From an uncultured Actinomycetota bacterium (GTDB taxonomy: Bacteria; Actinomycetota; Actinomycetes; CAVWCF01), in the NCBI GenBank assembly GCA_963818455.1, contig CAWFSE010000003.1, positions 128,506 through 192,505 on the forward strand: DNA of 64,000 nucleotides, in the 5' to 3' direction. This document shows positions 42,909-57,899 of this stretch, in pieces (positions within the stretch are counted from its first letter, which is position 1; every line of letters begins with the position of its first letter). The translations under genes and the position numbers were made by a program. Under the pieces are notes generated by a model. That model searched no databases and was not told the origin of the DNA. It saw nothing but the letters and a program-made list of their open reading frames with translations.

Positions 42909-43319
42909 CTAGGCGGACTTGCGGCGCGGCCGGGTCTCGCCGGCCTGCAGGTGCTTGCGGTGGTCTCGGGGGGCCACGCGTCGGGCGCCGCCGAGGTCGC
43001 GCAACTCGGTCAGCCGCTCGTCGAGCAGGGTCTCCAGGTCGTCCATGGAGCGGCGCTCAAGCAGCATGTCCCAGGGGGTCCGCTGGTGGCGGGCCGGCTT
43101 CGCGTCGTCCTCGCCGGCGGCCCGGCGACGCGCGATCGCCCCGCAGGACCGGCACTCCCAGGCGGCAGGGGGCACGGCCTCCGCCGCCATCACCACCTCG
43201 ACCTCGTGGCCGTTGGGGCAGTCGAAGACCACCGTCTGGCGCGGCGCCAACTCGACGCCGGCGTCGGTCTCGTAGCTCAGCGCCCCGAGGCGACTGCCTC
43301 GCAGGGAACGCTCGCCCAT
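42909..43319 (-). CDS. rbpA: RNA polymerase-binding protein RbpA.
   Basis: ATG 43319. SLRGSRLGALSYETD..LAPRQ.., a Cys/His cluster, and ..RTPWDMLLERRSMDDLETLLDERL... It has a basic C-terminal extension. Confidence 0.9.
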   Translation of the reverse strand: MGERSLRGSRLGALSYETDAGVELAPRQTVVFDCPNGHEVEVVMAAEAVPPAAWECRSCGAIARRRAAGEDDAKPARHQRTPWDMLLERRSMDDLETLLDERLTELRDLGGARRVAPRDHRKHLQAGETRPRRKSA

Positions 43320-43364
43320 GTCGCTGACCTCCTCAGGCCGTCCGTGGAGTCGGCCATGCCGTAC

Positions 43365-43390
43365 AACACGAAAAGCCCGGAGGGGATTCC
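43365..43390 (-). promoter_or_regulatory. SigR/SigH-type promoter (GGAAT-N18-GTT) upstream of rbpA.
   Basis: Minus strand: GGAAT (43390-43386), an 18-nt spacer, then GTT (43367-43365), about 45 nt upstream of the rbpA ATG. The match is to the consensus only. Confidence 0.5.
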
Positions 43391-43464
43391 CGCCGCGGGG
43401 TGTCGGACACCGCCCCACGTTGAGGTATTCGGCCCTGAGGGCCGCCGTGGATGCGGGGGAGGGG

Positions 43465-44817
43465 TCAGATGATCTCGGGGGCCTGGTTGCCCACCGCGAG
43501 CGCGCCGCGGCGGAAGTCGACCCGCGACAGCAGGAGCCCGCCGGCGATGAAGAAGACGACGAGGGCGAGGATCGCCAGCCGGTAGGACCCAGTGGTCTGC
43601 AGCACGATCGTGATCATCAGCGATCCGATGAAGCTGGTGCCGCGGTCCGAGACCTCGTAGACGGCGTAGTACTCCGCCTCGCGGCCGCCCGGGATCAGGT
43701 GGCTGAACAGCGAGCGCGACAGCGCCTGGCTGCCGCCGAGCACGAAGCCGATCGCCGCGGCGAGCAGGAAGAACAGCGGGGCGTTGCCGGCCGGGATCAC
43801 GAACGCGTAGCCGACCACCACCGACCAGACCACCAGGGCCCCGAGCACGGTGGCCTTGGCGCCCTTGCGCGCGGCGATCCGGCCGAGGGCGAGCGCCCCG
43901 AAGAACGCGACCACCTGCACGAGCAGGATCGCCCCGATCAGGACCTCGTCGCCGAAGCCGAGCTCCTCGCTGCCGAACGTGGCGGCGAAGGCGATCGCCG
44001 CCTGGATGCCGTCGTTGTAGAGCAGGTACGCGACGAGGAAGAGCACGGTGATCTTGAAGCCGACCAGCTCGCGCAGGGTGCGGCCGAGCTGGCGGAATCC
44101 GGCCGTGACCACCCAGCCCTCGGCGGCCACCACGTGGTACGGCCTGCGGTTCACCAGCCGGAGCATCGGGATCACGGTGAAGACCGCCCACCACAGGCCG
44201 GCCGAGAACAGGCACCACCGCGCTGCCTCGCGGTCGGTCAGCCCGAAGTCCTCGGCGAAGAGCACCAGCACCAGGTTGAAGACGAGAAGCAGCGCGCCAC
44301 CGGCGTAGCCCATCGCCCAGCCGCGCGACGAGACCCGGTCGCGCTCATCCGGCTCGGCGATATCCGGAAGGAACGAGTTGTAGACGACGATCGCGCAGCC
44401 GAACATCAGGTTGGCGAAGATGAAGAGCGCTCCGCCCAGGCGGTAGTCGCCGCCGGTCACGAAGATCAGCAGCATGGTGGCCGTGGCGCCGGCGTAGGCG
44501 AAGCCGGCCAGCAGCTCCCGCTTGTGCGCGCTGCGGTCGGCCAAGGCGCCGACGACGGGCAGCACGAAGATCTGCAGCAGCACCGACACGGTCACGCAGG
44601 CGGGGAAGTAGGCCTTCGGGTCGAGGTCGAACCACAGGAACTGCACCGACCCGTCGACCGCGCCGCTCTTGGCCACCGAGGTGAGGTACGGCCCGAGGAT
44701 GACGGTGACGACGGTGGTCGAGAACGTCGAGTTGGCCCAGTCGTACCAGTACCAGCCGCGTTGCTCGCGGCGGCGGGCGGCGGGATCGGACAGCGGCTGG
44801 GGCCGGACGTCGGTCAC
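43465..44817 (-). CDS. MFS transporter (UMF1/Atg22-like).
   Basis: Intact 450 aa, 12 TM. N-terminus ..RGWYWYDWANSTFSTTVVTV... Confidence 0.8.
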   Translation of the reverse strand: MTDVRPQPLSDPAARRREQRGWYWYDWANSTFSTTVVTVILGPYLTSVAKSGAVDGSVQFLWFDLDPKAYFPACVTVSVLLQIFVLPVVGALADRSAHKRELLAGFAYAGATATMLLIFVTGGDYRLGGALFIFANLMFGCAIVVYNSFLPDIAEPDERDRVSSRGWAMGYAGGALLLVFNLVLVLFAEDFGLTDREAARWCLFSAGLWWAVFTVIPMLRLVNRRPYHVVAAEGWVVTAGFRQLGRTLRELVGFKITVLFLVAYLLYNDGIQAAIAFAATFGSEELGFGDEVLIGAILLVQVVAFFGALALGRIAARKGAKATVLGALVVWSVVVGYAFVIPAGNAPLFFLLAAAIGFVLGGSQALSRSLFSHLIPGGREAEYYAVYEVSDRGTSFIGSLMITIVLQTTGSYRLAILALVVFFIAGGLLLSRVDFRRGALAVGNQAPEII

Positions 44818-44824
44818 CCGCGCA

Positions 44825-45673
44825 TCATGGCGCGTCGCCGCGCTGCGCGGGGCCTTTCGACGACGCGACGCGCCCGGCCGCCGGCGTGGGCCACCCCCCG
44901 CGCGCGTTCCACACGCCGATCAGCGCGGGGGCGTCGTCGGTCACCAGCCCGTCGACCCCGAGGTCGAGGAGCGCGTGCATCCGGTCCGGCTCGTTGACGG
45001 TCCACACGTGCACCTGAAGGCCCCGCCGGTGCGCCTCGGCCACGAAGCGGCGGTCCACCAGCGGGACGCCCATCCGCTCCGGCACCTGCAGGGCCAGCCC
45101 GGCGCCGTGCGGGATCGAGCGCAGCGGGCCGCCGGCCGAGGCCGCCCGGACCGCGGCGACCCCCCGCGGGCCGACCGCGGTGGCGACCGTCGGGCCGAGC
45201 GCCCGGCGGGCTGCCTGCGAGCCGCCGCTCGCTGAACGACGCGACGAGGACCCGCTCGTGCGCGCGGCACCGGCGCACCGCGGCCGCGAGCGGCCCCACG
45301 GCGCGGAGGTCCTTGACGTCGATGTTGAAGCAGCGATCGGGGAAGTCGCCCAGCAGGTCGTCGAGCCGGGCCACCGTGCCGGCCGCCGGTCGAGCGCCGC
45401 CGACCGCAGCTGCGGCCAGGTCGTGTCGGCGACCGGGCCGCGCCGGTCCGTGATCCGGTCGAGCGTCTCGTCGTGGAAGGCGACCGCGACCCCGTCGAGG
45501 GTCGCCCGCACATCGGTCTCCAGGTGGGTGAACCCCAGGTCGACCGCCCGCTGGAACGCCTCCGCGGTGTTCTCGGTGGCGTGCGCCGCGGCGCCTCGGT
45601 GCGCGAAGGCGAGCGGCCGACCCTGGTGCCCGCCGCCGCGGAAGTACGGGTGGGCGGCGGGGTCCGGGGGCAC
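44825..45673 (-). pseudogene. Glycerophosphodiester phosphodiesterase. A compensating pair of frameshifts.
   Basis: FAHRGAAAHATENTAEAF, THLETDVRATLDGVAVAFHD and ..QVHVWTVNEP..GVDGLVTD... The middle section (ARLDDLLGDFPDRCFNIDVKD) is in another frame between about 45230 and about 45400. Confidence 0.8.
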
Positions 45674-45688
45674 GGGCCCATCGTGCCG

Positions 45689-46114
45689 CTAGGCGGCCTC
45701 CGCGGACAGCCGGGGGAGCGGTCGGCTGCCCTCGAGGGTCACCACGTGGACGCCGAGCAGCCGCAGGCCGTGCTCGGCGCAGGCGGCCTGCGCGGCGGCG
45801 GCGAACTCGAGGTCGGCCGGCCGCGCCGAGAGCCCGCCGGACCGGGCGATGCCCACGAGCATCGAGCCGCCCGGGCTGAGCCCGGCGAGCACCTCGGCGA
45901 AGAAGCCCGGGGCGCGCCGGGCCTCGGCGCACCCCGGGTCGCCCTCGACCAGGCACGGCTGGAGCAGCCGGCCCTGCTCGTCGCACAGGGCCAGCAGCAG
46001 GGCGCCCGCCCGGCGGTCGGAGAGCGGGACCAGCAGGTCGAGCACGTCGGCGACGAGCGCCGGGTGGTGGATGGGCCGTTCGGCCCACTGCGGGGGGAGG
46101 TCGGTGAAGGCCAT
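45689..46114 (-). CDS. Hypothetical protein.
   Basis: Intact 141-aa ORF with codon usage like its neighbours. I recognise no motif. Confidence 0.45.
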   Translation of the reverse strand: MAFTDLPPQWAERPIHHPALVADVLDLLVPLSDRRAGALLLALCDEQGRLLQPCLVEGDPGCAEARRAPGFFAEVLAGLSPGGSMLVGIARSGGLSARPADLEFAAAAQAACAEHGLRLLGVHVVTLEGSRPLPRLSAEAA

Positions 46115-46221
46115 GGCCCAAGCCTTCCCGATCGCGAGGCCCGCCCGCTGCGGCCATCCACAGGGCCGCGCGGCGAATGCGCTTGGGGACGGCTCGGGCG
46201 TCCGCGGGCAGACTGGGCCGC

Positions 46222-46925
46222 GTGCCGACCGAGCTGATCGCCGTGCTGCCCGGCTTCCTGCTGGCCGTGCTGCTGATCTCGGCGAGCCCGGGGCCGGCGA
46301 TCGCGGTGATCCTGCGCCGGTCGGCGACCCTCGGCGGCCGGGCGGCGCTGCCGCTCGTCGCCGGGATCGAGGCCGGGCTGTTCACCTGGGCCGTGCTGGC
46401 CGCGGTCGGGCTCTCGGCCCTGCTGGCCGTCTCCGAGGTCGCCTACACCGCGCTCAAGGTGGTGGGCGCCGGCTTCCTCATCGTGCTCGGGGCGCTGGCG
46501 CTGCGCGAGGCGGTCCGGGAGCACGGCCGGGCGAAGAACGACGGCTCGCCCGAGCGGCCGACCCCGCCGATGAGTCCCCGGTCGTCCGGCGCGGGATCCT
46601 GCCCGCCCTCGACGGCCGCCCGGCGCCTGGCCCGCGCCGGCTGTTCGCCGAGGGGATGGCGACCAACCTGGCCAACCCCAAGGCCGCCATCTTCATGATC
46701 GCCTTCTTCCCGCAGTTCATCCCGGCCGGCTACCCGGTGCTGCCGACGACGCTGGCGCTGGCCGCCCTGCAGGTCACCGTCGAGTTCACGCTGTACGCGT
46801 TGCTGGCGCTCGGCGTCGGCCGAGCCCGGCGCGTCTTCACCCGTCCGCGGGTCCGGGTGGCCCTGGAGGGCGCCAGCGGCACGGTGCTGATCGCGCTGGG
46901 GCTGCGGGTCGCCACCCAGCCGTAG
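46222..46925 (+). pseudogene. LysE/RhtB-family amino-acid exporter. At least 1 frameshift.
   Basis: GTG 46222. ..LLISASPGPAIAVILRRS.. in frame 1. ..FAEGMATNLANPKAAIFMIAFFPQFIP.. in frame 0. The switch lies between about 46540 and 46640. Confidence 0.8.
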
Positions 46926-46927
46926 GC

Positions 46928-46971
46928 GCGCGTACCCAGGCCCCGCTCGGGCCGGTCCCAGGCGTACGCGC
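46928..46971. terminator. Nested hairpin between convergent genes, a candidate bidirectional terminator.
   Basis: GCGCGTAC (46928-46935) / GTACGCGC (46964-46971) encloses GGCCC (46939-46943) / GGGCC (46949-46953). It starts 3 nt after the lysE-like stop. Confidence 0.5.
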
Positions 46972-46978
46972 ACCGCCG

Positions 46979-46992
46979 ATAATGCCCATTAT
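46979..46992. repeat. AT-rich palindrome ATAATG-CC-CATTAT in an otherwise GC-rich intergenic region.
   Basis: Read directly at 46979-46992. It is followed by the CCGAG..CTCGG hairpin and the P-type ATPase stop at 47032. Confidence 0.8.
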
Positions 46993-47031
46993 GTCACTTA
47001 CCCGAGATCGGCCTCGGTCGCAGGACTCCCC

Positions 47032-49785
<2,754 letters not shown>

Positions 49786-49884
49786 GGCTCCAGTGTCCCC
49801 GCGAGGGCCCGCGCGCCGAGGCGGAATCCGCCGTGAGCGGGCGTGACGGCGACGCACGCTAAGACGCGGGAGGCGGGTCACGCG

Positions 49885-51085
49885 ATGAGGCCAGGCGGGA
49901 AGCCGCGCGCTCCTGCGCTCCCCCGCGCCTACTGGGTGGTCTGGGCCGGCACCCTGGTCAACCGGGTCGGCACGTTCGTCGAGCCGTTCCTCGTGCTGTA
50001 CCTGACGCAAGAACGCGGGCTGTCGCCGTCGCAGGCCGGCTGGGTGCTCGCCGCCTACGGCGTCGGGTCGCTGCCCAGCCAGCCGATCGGCGGCTGGCTG
50101 GCCGACCACCTCGGCCGGCGCCGCACGCTGCTGCTGGCGACGCTGGCGGCCGCGGCCGCCCTGCTGCTCCTCGGCGCCGCGCGGTCCACCGCCGCGATCG
50201 CGGCCGCCTCGCTGCTCCTGGGGTTCTTCGGCGACATGTACCGCCCGGCCTCCTCGGCCCTCGTCGCCGACGTCGTGGCGCCGGACGACCGGCCCCGGGC
50301 GTACGCGCTGCTGTTCTGGGCGATCAACCTGGGCTTCTCGGTGGCCGGGGTCACCGCCGGCCTGCTGGCGTCCCGCGGCTTCGGGCTGCTCTTCGTGGTC
50401 GACGCGCTGACCTTCGCGGCGTTCGGCGTCCTGGTGTACGTCCTCATCCGCCGCGATCCCCCGCGCGACCGATGGGGAGCGCCGCCCGCGGAGCCCAGCG
50501 GGCGCGGCTACGGCGTCGTGCTGCGCGACGGCCTCATGCTGCGGCTGTGCGCGATCACCTCGCTCAACGCCGTCGTGTACTTCCAGGGCCTCATCGTGCT
50601 CCCGCTGGCCACCACCGCGGCCGGACTCAGCCTGACCGCGTACGGGGTGATCGCGGCGACCAACGGCGTCGTCATCGTCCTGGTCCAGCCGCTCGTCGCC
50701 GCCCGGCTCCGGCGCCACGACCGCGCTCCGGGTGGCGGCCCTGTCGATGGTCGTCCTCGGGGTCGGCTTCGGGCTCACCGCCTTCGCCGACTCGCTGGCG
50801 GGCTTCATGGCCACGGTCGTGGTGTGGACGCTCGGCGAGGTGCTGCTCGCCGGCATCCCGCCCGCGCTGGTCGCCGACCTCGCGCCCTCGGACGCGCGCG
50901 GGCGCTACCAGGGCGTCTTCGGGCTGTCCTTCTCGCTGGCCTTCGTCGTCGCCCCCCTGCTGGGCACCTCGGTGTACGAGCGGTACGGCGACCTGCTGTG
51001 GGCCGGCTGCCTGCTGCTGGCGCTGCTGGCCGGCGCCGGGTTCCTCTCCCTGCGCCGGCCGCTTGCGGCCCGCACCGCGGCCTGA
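49885..51085 (+). pseudogene. MFS transporter. One frameshift.
   Basis: ATG 49885. ..GWLADHLGRRRTLL.. (MFS motif A). The last third is in ORF 50732..51085. The switch lies near 50720-50735. Confidence 0.8.
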
Positions 51086-51162
51086 GACCCCCGCGGCGGC
51101 CGAAACGCTCGGCTGCCCCAACGGGCGGACGGCCGCGTCGCTGCGTACGGCAGTCTGTGCCC

Positions 51163-52638
51163 GTGGGCGAGAAGATCCAGGTCACCGTCTTCACCGGAGA
51201 AGACCGCAAGCGCTACCGCGACAAGGTGCACACCTGCCTTGACGTGCTCGCGCGGATGCTCGCCGAGTCGAGGTTCGCCTTCGACCTGCCGATGACCGGG
51301 CTTGAGATCGAGCTGAACCTCGTCGACCCGACCGGCCAGCCCGCGCTCCTCAACGCCGAGGTGCTGGCGCACATCGAGGACCCCGCGTTCCAGACCGAGC
51401 TGGGCCAGTTCAACCTGGAGATCAACGTGCACCCGCGGACCCTGATCGGCCGGGCCGCCGAGGACCTCGAGTCGGACGTCCGCGACCAGCTCAACACCGC
51501 CGATGCCAGCGCCCACCGAGCCGGCGCCTCGATGGCGATGGTGGGCATCCTGCCGACCCTGCGGCCCGAGCACCTGTCGCGCTCGGCGATCAGCAACAAC
51601 CCGCGCTACCACCTGCTCGACGCGATGATGCTCGCGGCGCGCGGCGAGGACCTGCACATCGACATCGACGGCGCCCAGCACCTCGAGGTGTGGGCGGACA
51701 CGATCGCCCCCGAGGCCGCCTGCACGAGCGTCCAGTTCCACCTGCAGGTCACGCCGGATGCGTTCGCCGACCACTGGAACGCCGCGCAGTGCCTGGCCGG
51801 CGTGCAGGTGGCGCTCGGCGCGAACTCCCCCTACCTGCTCGGCCGCGAGCTGTGGCGCGAGACCCGGATCGCGCTGTTCACCCAGGCCACCGACACCCGC
51901 TCGGCGGAGCTCAAGGCCCAGGGCGTGCGGCCGCGGGTCTGGTTCGGCGAGCGCTACGTCACCAGCGTCTTCGACCTGTTCGAGGAGAACATCCGGTACT
52001 TCCCCGCCCTGCTCCCCGTCATCGAGGACGAGGACCCCGAGGCGGTGCTCGCGGCGGGCGGCACACCGCTGCTCCCCGAGCTGCGGCTGCACAACGGCAC
52101 GGTGTGGCGCTGGAACCGGCCGGTCTACGACGTCGTCGACGGCGTCCCGCACCTGCGGGTCGAGAACCGGGTGCTCCCCTCGGGCCCCACCGTGGTCGAC
52201 ATCATGGCCAACGGAGCCCTCTACTACGGCGCGATGCGCGCCCTGGTCGACCTCGACCGGCCGGTCTGGTCGCAGATGTCGTTCCGCGCCGCCGAGGAGA
52301 ACTTCCTCCAGGGCGCCCAGCGCGGCCTCGACGCCGAGCTCTACTGGCCGGGCCTGGGCGAGGTGCCGGTCGCCGAGCTCGTGCTGCGCCGGCTGCTCCC
52401 CCTCGCCTACACCGGCCTGGCCGCCTGGGGCGTCGACCCCGCGGTGGCGCACCGGCTGCTCGGCATCATCGAGCAGCGGTGCATCACCGGCCGCAACGGC
52501 GCGACCTGGCAGGTCGCGACGGTCAACGCGTACGAGGCCGCCGGCTTCGACCGCTGGGAGGCGCTGCGGCGGATGACCCTGGACTACCTCGTCGGCATGC
52601 ACAGCAACGAGCCGGTGCACACCTGGGAGCTGCCGTAG
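51163..52638 (+). CDS. Glutamate--cysteine ligase family 2 (GCS2) carboxylate-amine ligase, long form.
   Basis: Intact from GTG 51163 (491 aa). ..GLEIELNLVD.., ..GQFNLEINVHP.., ..SVQFHLQV.., ..LGANSPYLLGRELW... It appears fused to the upstream MFS in the track only because no stop intervenes in that frame. Confidence 0.7.
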   Translation: MGEKIQVTVFTGEDRKRYRDKVHTCLDVLARMLAESRFAFDLPMTGLEIELNLVDPTGQPALLNAEVLAHIEDPAFQTELGQFNLEINVHPRTLIGRAAEDLESDVRDQLNTADASAHRAGASMAMVGILPTLRPEHLSRSAISNNPRYHLLDAMMLAARGEDLHIDIDGAQHLEVWADTIAPEAACTSVQFHLQVTPDAFADHWNAAQCLAGVQVALGANSPYLLGRELWRETRIALFTQATDTRSAELKAQGVRPRVWFGERYVTSVFDLFEENIRYFPALLPVIEDEDPEAVLAAGGTPLLPELRLHNGTVWRWNRPVYDVVDGVPHLRVENRVLPSGPTVVDIMANGALYYGAMRALVDLDRPVWSQMSFRAAEENFLQGAQRGLDAELYWPGLGEVPVAELVLRRLLPLAYTGLAAWGVDPAVAHRLLGIIEQRCITGRNGATWQVATVNAYEAAGFDRWEALRRMTLDYLVGMHSNEPVHTWELP

Positions 52639-52666
52639 GGGTGAGGCCGAGCGGTCAGGCCTGCGG

Positions 52667-53125
52667 TCAGGCCTTGCGGTGCGGCCGCAGGGTCCACAGC
52701 ACGGTCATCACGCCGGTGGTCTCGCCCGCGTGGTCGCGGATCGTGATCGACACCGGGAACTCCGGGCGGGTGCCGGCGTCGAGCTCGGCGACCACCTCGG
52801 CGGCCGGGCGGTCCAGCACGGCCTCGGCGTCGACCGGGCCCATCGCCAGCCGCAGGTAGCGGATCGTGCACTCCACGGCGAGCGGGACGGCGCGCTCCAG
52901 CAGGTCGCCGAAGTTGGCGAAGACGATCGCGCCGCTGGCCGACTCACCCAGCGTGAACATCGCCCCGGCGTGCGGGCCGCCGAGGTGGTTGTGCCACAAG
53001 GGGTTGTCGGGGAGCCGCAGCACCGCGCGCTCGTGCGAGAGCTCGACGAACTCCAGGTCGAGGGTGCGCACCATGGGCACCGTGTCGGGCAGCAGGGTGG
53101 CGACGGAGGCGGGGTCGATGGCCAT
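52667..53125 (-). CDS. Hotdog-fold thioesterase (PaaI/DUF4442-like).
   Basis: ATG 53125. 152 aa. ..HNHLGGPHAGAMFTLGESASGAIV... Confidence 0.65.
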   Translation of the reverse strand: MAIDPASVATLLPDTVPMVRTLDLEFVELSHERAVLRLPDNPLWHNHLGGPHAGAMFTLGESASGAIVFANFGDLLERAVPLAVECTIRYLRLAMGPVDAEAVLDRPAAEVVAELDAGTRPEFPVSITIRDHAGETTGVMTVLWTLRPHRKA

Positions 53126-53216
53126 GGCAAGCACTCTATGGGCGCGGCTCCCGATAGGTTCGCGGGGTGTCCTCCCCCGACCGTCGCACGACGCCGCGCC
53201 GCAGCGCCCGTACGCG

Positions 53217-53671
53217 GTGCTGGACCTCGACGGGGTGCTCGCCGACGTCCGCCACCGGCTGCCGCTCGTGCGCACCAAGCCGAAGCGCTGGGACGCCTTC
53301 TTCGACGCCGCCGAGGCCGACCCGGTGCTGCCCGAGGGGAGGGCGACCGCCGATCGGCTCGCGGCCGACCACGTCATCGCCTACGTCAGCGGGCGCCCCG
53401 AGCGTTGCCGCGCCGCCACCGAGAAGTGGTTGGCGGACAACGGTTTTCCGGCCGGCACGGTCTACCTGCGCCCCGATGACGACCGGCGCCCCGCGCGGCT
53501 GGTCAAGGTGGCCGTGGTGCGGCGGCTGGCGCGCGAGCGCCCGGTCGCGGTCATCGTCGACGACGACGTCCGGGTCACCGCCGCGCTGCAGGAGGCGGGG
53601 TTCGCCGTGGTCCTCGCCGACTGGATGGCCGAGCAGCCGGGGCTGTTCGACCCCTACTCCCCCGAGGCCCC

Positions 53672-53675
<4 letters not shown>
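53217..53675 (+). CDS. HAD-like phosphatase domain protein.
   Basis: GTG 53217 gives [15 protein letters not shown] (DxD at the N-terminus). ..YVSGRPE.., ..VIVDDD... The start choice is tentative. Confidence 0.55.
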
Positions 53676-56558
<2,883 letters not shown>

Positions 56559-56592
56559 CCGGCCGAGGCTACCGGCCCGAACGCGGGTCGGC

Positions 56593-57213
56593 TCAGCCGG
56601 TCTTGCGGGCCCGGCGGCGGTGCGCGAGCTCGTCGCTGGGGTGCGGCTCGGCGGCGTCGGCCGCGACCTCGCCGGGGGTGTCGTCAGCGCGCTCGCCGGG
56701 CAGGTCGGCCAGGGAGCCCTCGAGCTCGCGCCAGACTCCGCCCAGCGCGATCCCGAAGACGCCTTGCCCGCCGCGCAGCAGGTCGACGACCTCGTCGGCG
56801 GACGTGCACATGTAGACCGAGGCCCCGTCGCTCATCAGGGTGACCCGGGCGAGCTCGTCGATCCCGAGCTCGCGGACGGCCCCGGTGGCGGAGCGGATCT
56901 GCTGCAGGGAGACCCCGGTGTCGAGCAACCGCTTGACCACCTTGAGCACGAGGATGTCGCGGAATCCGTAGAGCCGCTGCGAGCCGGAGCCGGCCGCGGG
57001 GCGGATCCCCGGCTCCACCAGGCCGGTGCGGGCCCAGTAGTCGAGCTGGCGGTAGGTGATGCCGGCGGCCGCGCAGGCCGTCGGGCCGCGGTAGCCGACC
57101 CCCTCGGGCAGCGGGGCGACGTCGTCGTCGAAGAGCAGCCCCTGCTGGCCGGCCCGCAACTCCGCGTCGGCGGCCGCGGGCAGGGTCTCGGGGCGGCTCT
57201 CGGGTGTGGTCAC
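56593..57213 (-). CDS. MerR-family transcriptional regulator (Rv1830-like).
   Basis: GTG 57213 has GGAGG 6 nt upstream. HTH ..[48 protein letters not shown]... Confidence 0.8.
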   Translation of the reverse strand: MTTPESRPETLPAAADAELRAGQQGLLFDDDVAPLPEGVGYRGPTACAAAGITYRQLDYWARTGLVEPGIRPAAGSGSQRLYGFRDILVLKVVKRLLDTGVSLQQIRSATGAVRELGIDELARVTLMSDGASVYMCTSADEVVDLLRGGQGVFGIALGGVWRELEGSLADLPGERADDTPGEVAADAAEPHPSDELAHRRRARKTG

Positions 57214-57294
57214 GACGACCTCCGTCGGGTGGCGGCCGTGGACGGCCGCGAACAACAGCGCGGTAACTACGCCGGCGCGATACCGGCGAGCCCG

Positions 57295-57323
57295 ACGCTA
57301 GGACCAATGGGGGGACGGGTCAA
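57295..57323 (-). promoter_or_regulatory. Candidate sigma-70-type promoter TTGACC-17-TAGCGT for the Rv1830-like MerR gene.
   Basis: Minus strand: TTGACC (57323-57318), 17 nt, then TAGCGT (57300-57295), about 80 nt upstream of GTG 57213. Confidence 0.4.
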
Positions 57324-57388
57324 CGCGCGCCGCCCCGACACGCCGGGGCAAACTCTCGATGCTGGCTTGACAGATTAAACCCTCTACC

Positions 57389-57889
57389 TCAGGGTGAGGG
57401 TTGCTCAGGCTGCGGCGGGCCCTCAGGACCGGCGAAGTCCTCGGGCGAGATGGTGTCCAGGAACTCGCGGAACTTCTCGACCTCGTCCTCCTGCTCGTCG
57501 GGGATCTCGATGCCCGCGTCCTCGAGCACCTGCTCGGAGCCCACGATCGGCGCCCCGGTGCGCAGGGCCAGGGCGATGGCGTCCGACGGGCGCGCGCTGA
57601 CCTCGACCCCGCCGTCAAAGGCCAGCACCGCGTAGAAGACGCCGTCGCGCAGCTCGGTGATCCGCACCTGCTGCAACTCGCGCCCCAACGCCGTCAGCAC
57701 GTCGCGGAGCAGGTCGTGGGTGAGCGGCCGAGGAGGGGTCACCCCCTGCTGGGCGAAGGCGATCGCGCTGGCCTCGACCGCGCCGATCCAGATCGGCAGG
57801 TAGCGGTCGCCGCCGGCCTCGCGCAGCAACACGATGGGCTGGTTGGACGGCATCTCAACCCGCACGCCAACCACGTCGAGAGGGAGCAC
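57389..57889 (-). CDS. Bifunctional nuclease family protein (DUF151, Rv1829-like).
   Basis: Intact 166 aa. ..PIVLLREAGGDRYLPIWIGAVEASAIAFAQQG..PLTHDLL... Confidence 0.8.
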   Translation of the reverse strand: MLPLDVVGVRVEMPSNQPIVLLREAGGDRYLPIWIGAVEASAIAFAQQGVTPPRPLTHDLLRDVLTALGRELQQVRITELRDGVFYAVLAFDGGVEVSARPSDAIALALRTGAPIVGSEQVLEDAGIEIPDEQEDEVEKFREFLDTISPEDFAGPEGPPQPEQPSP

Positions 57890-57899
57890 GTCTTCCAGA

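Noticed and set aside
49843-52638. A 931-aa ORF joining an MFS transporter to a GCS2 ligase.
   Set aside because: The MFS gene finishes in another frame at 51085 after a frameshift near 50725. The stretch between them in the long ORF is Arg/Pro/Gly junk. The ligase starts at GTG 51163.
56559-56592. A glycine riboswitch expected upstream of gcvP, and likewise upstream of gcvH at 59591-59643.
   Set aside because: The spacers are only 34 and 53 bp, too short for even a single glycine aptamer. No GGAGAG...CACCG aptamer signature was seen.
57367-57404. A TTGACA hexamer on the plus strand (57367-57372) considered as a promoter, together with the AACCCTC..GAGGGTT hairpin.
   Set aside because: No TAnnnT -10 element lies at 16-19 nt, and there is no plus-strand gene downstream. 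The 7-bp hairpin overlaps the DUF151 stop codon and may act as a weak terminator on the minus strand, but the support is too thin to annotate.
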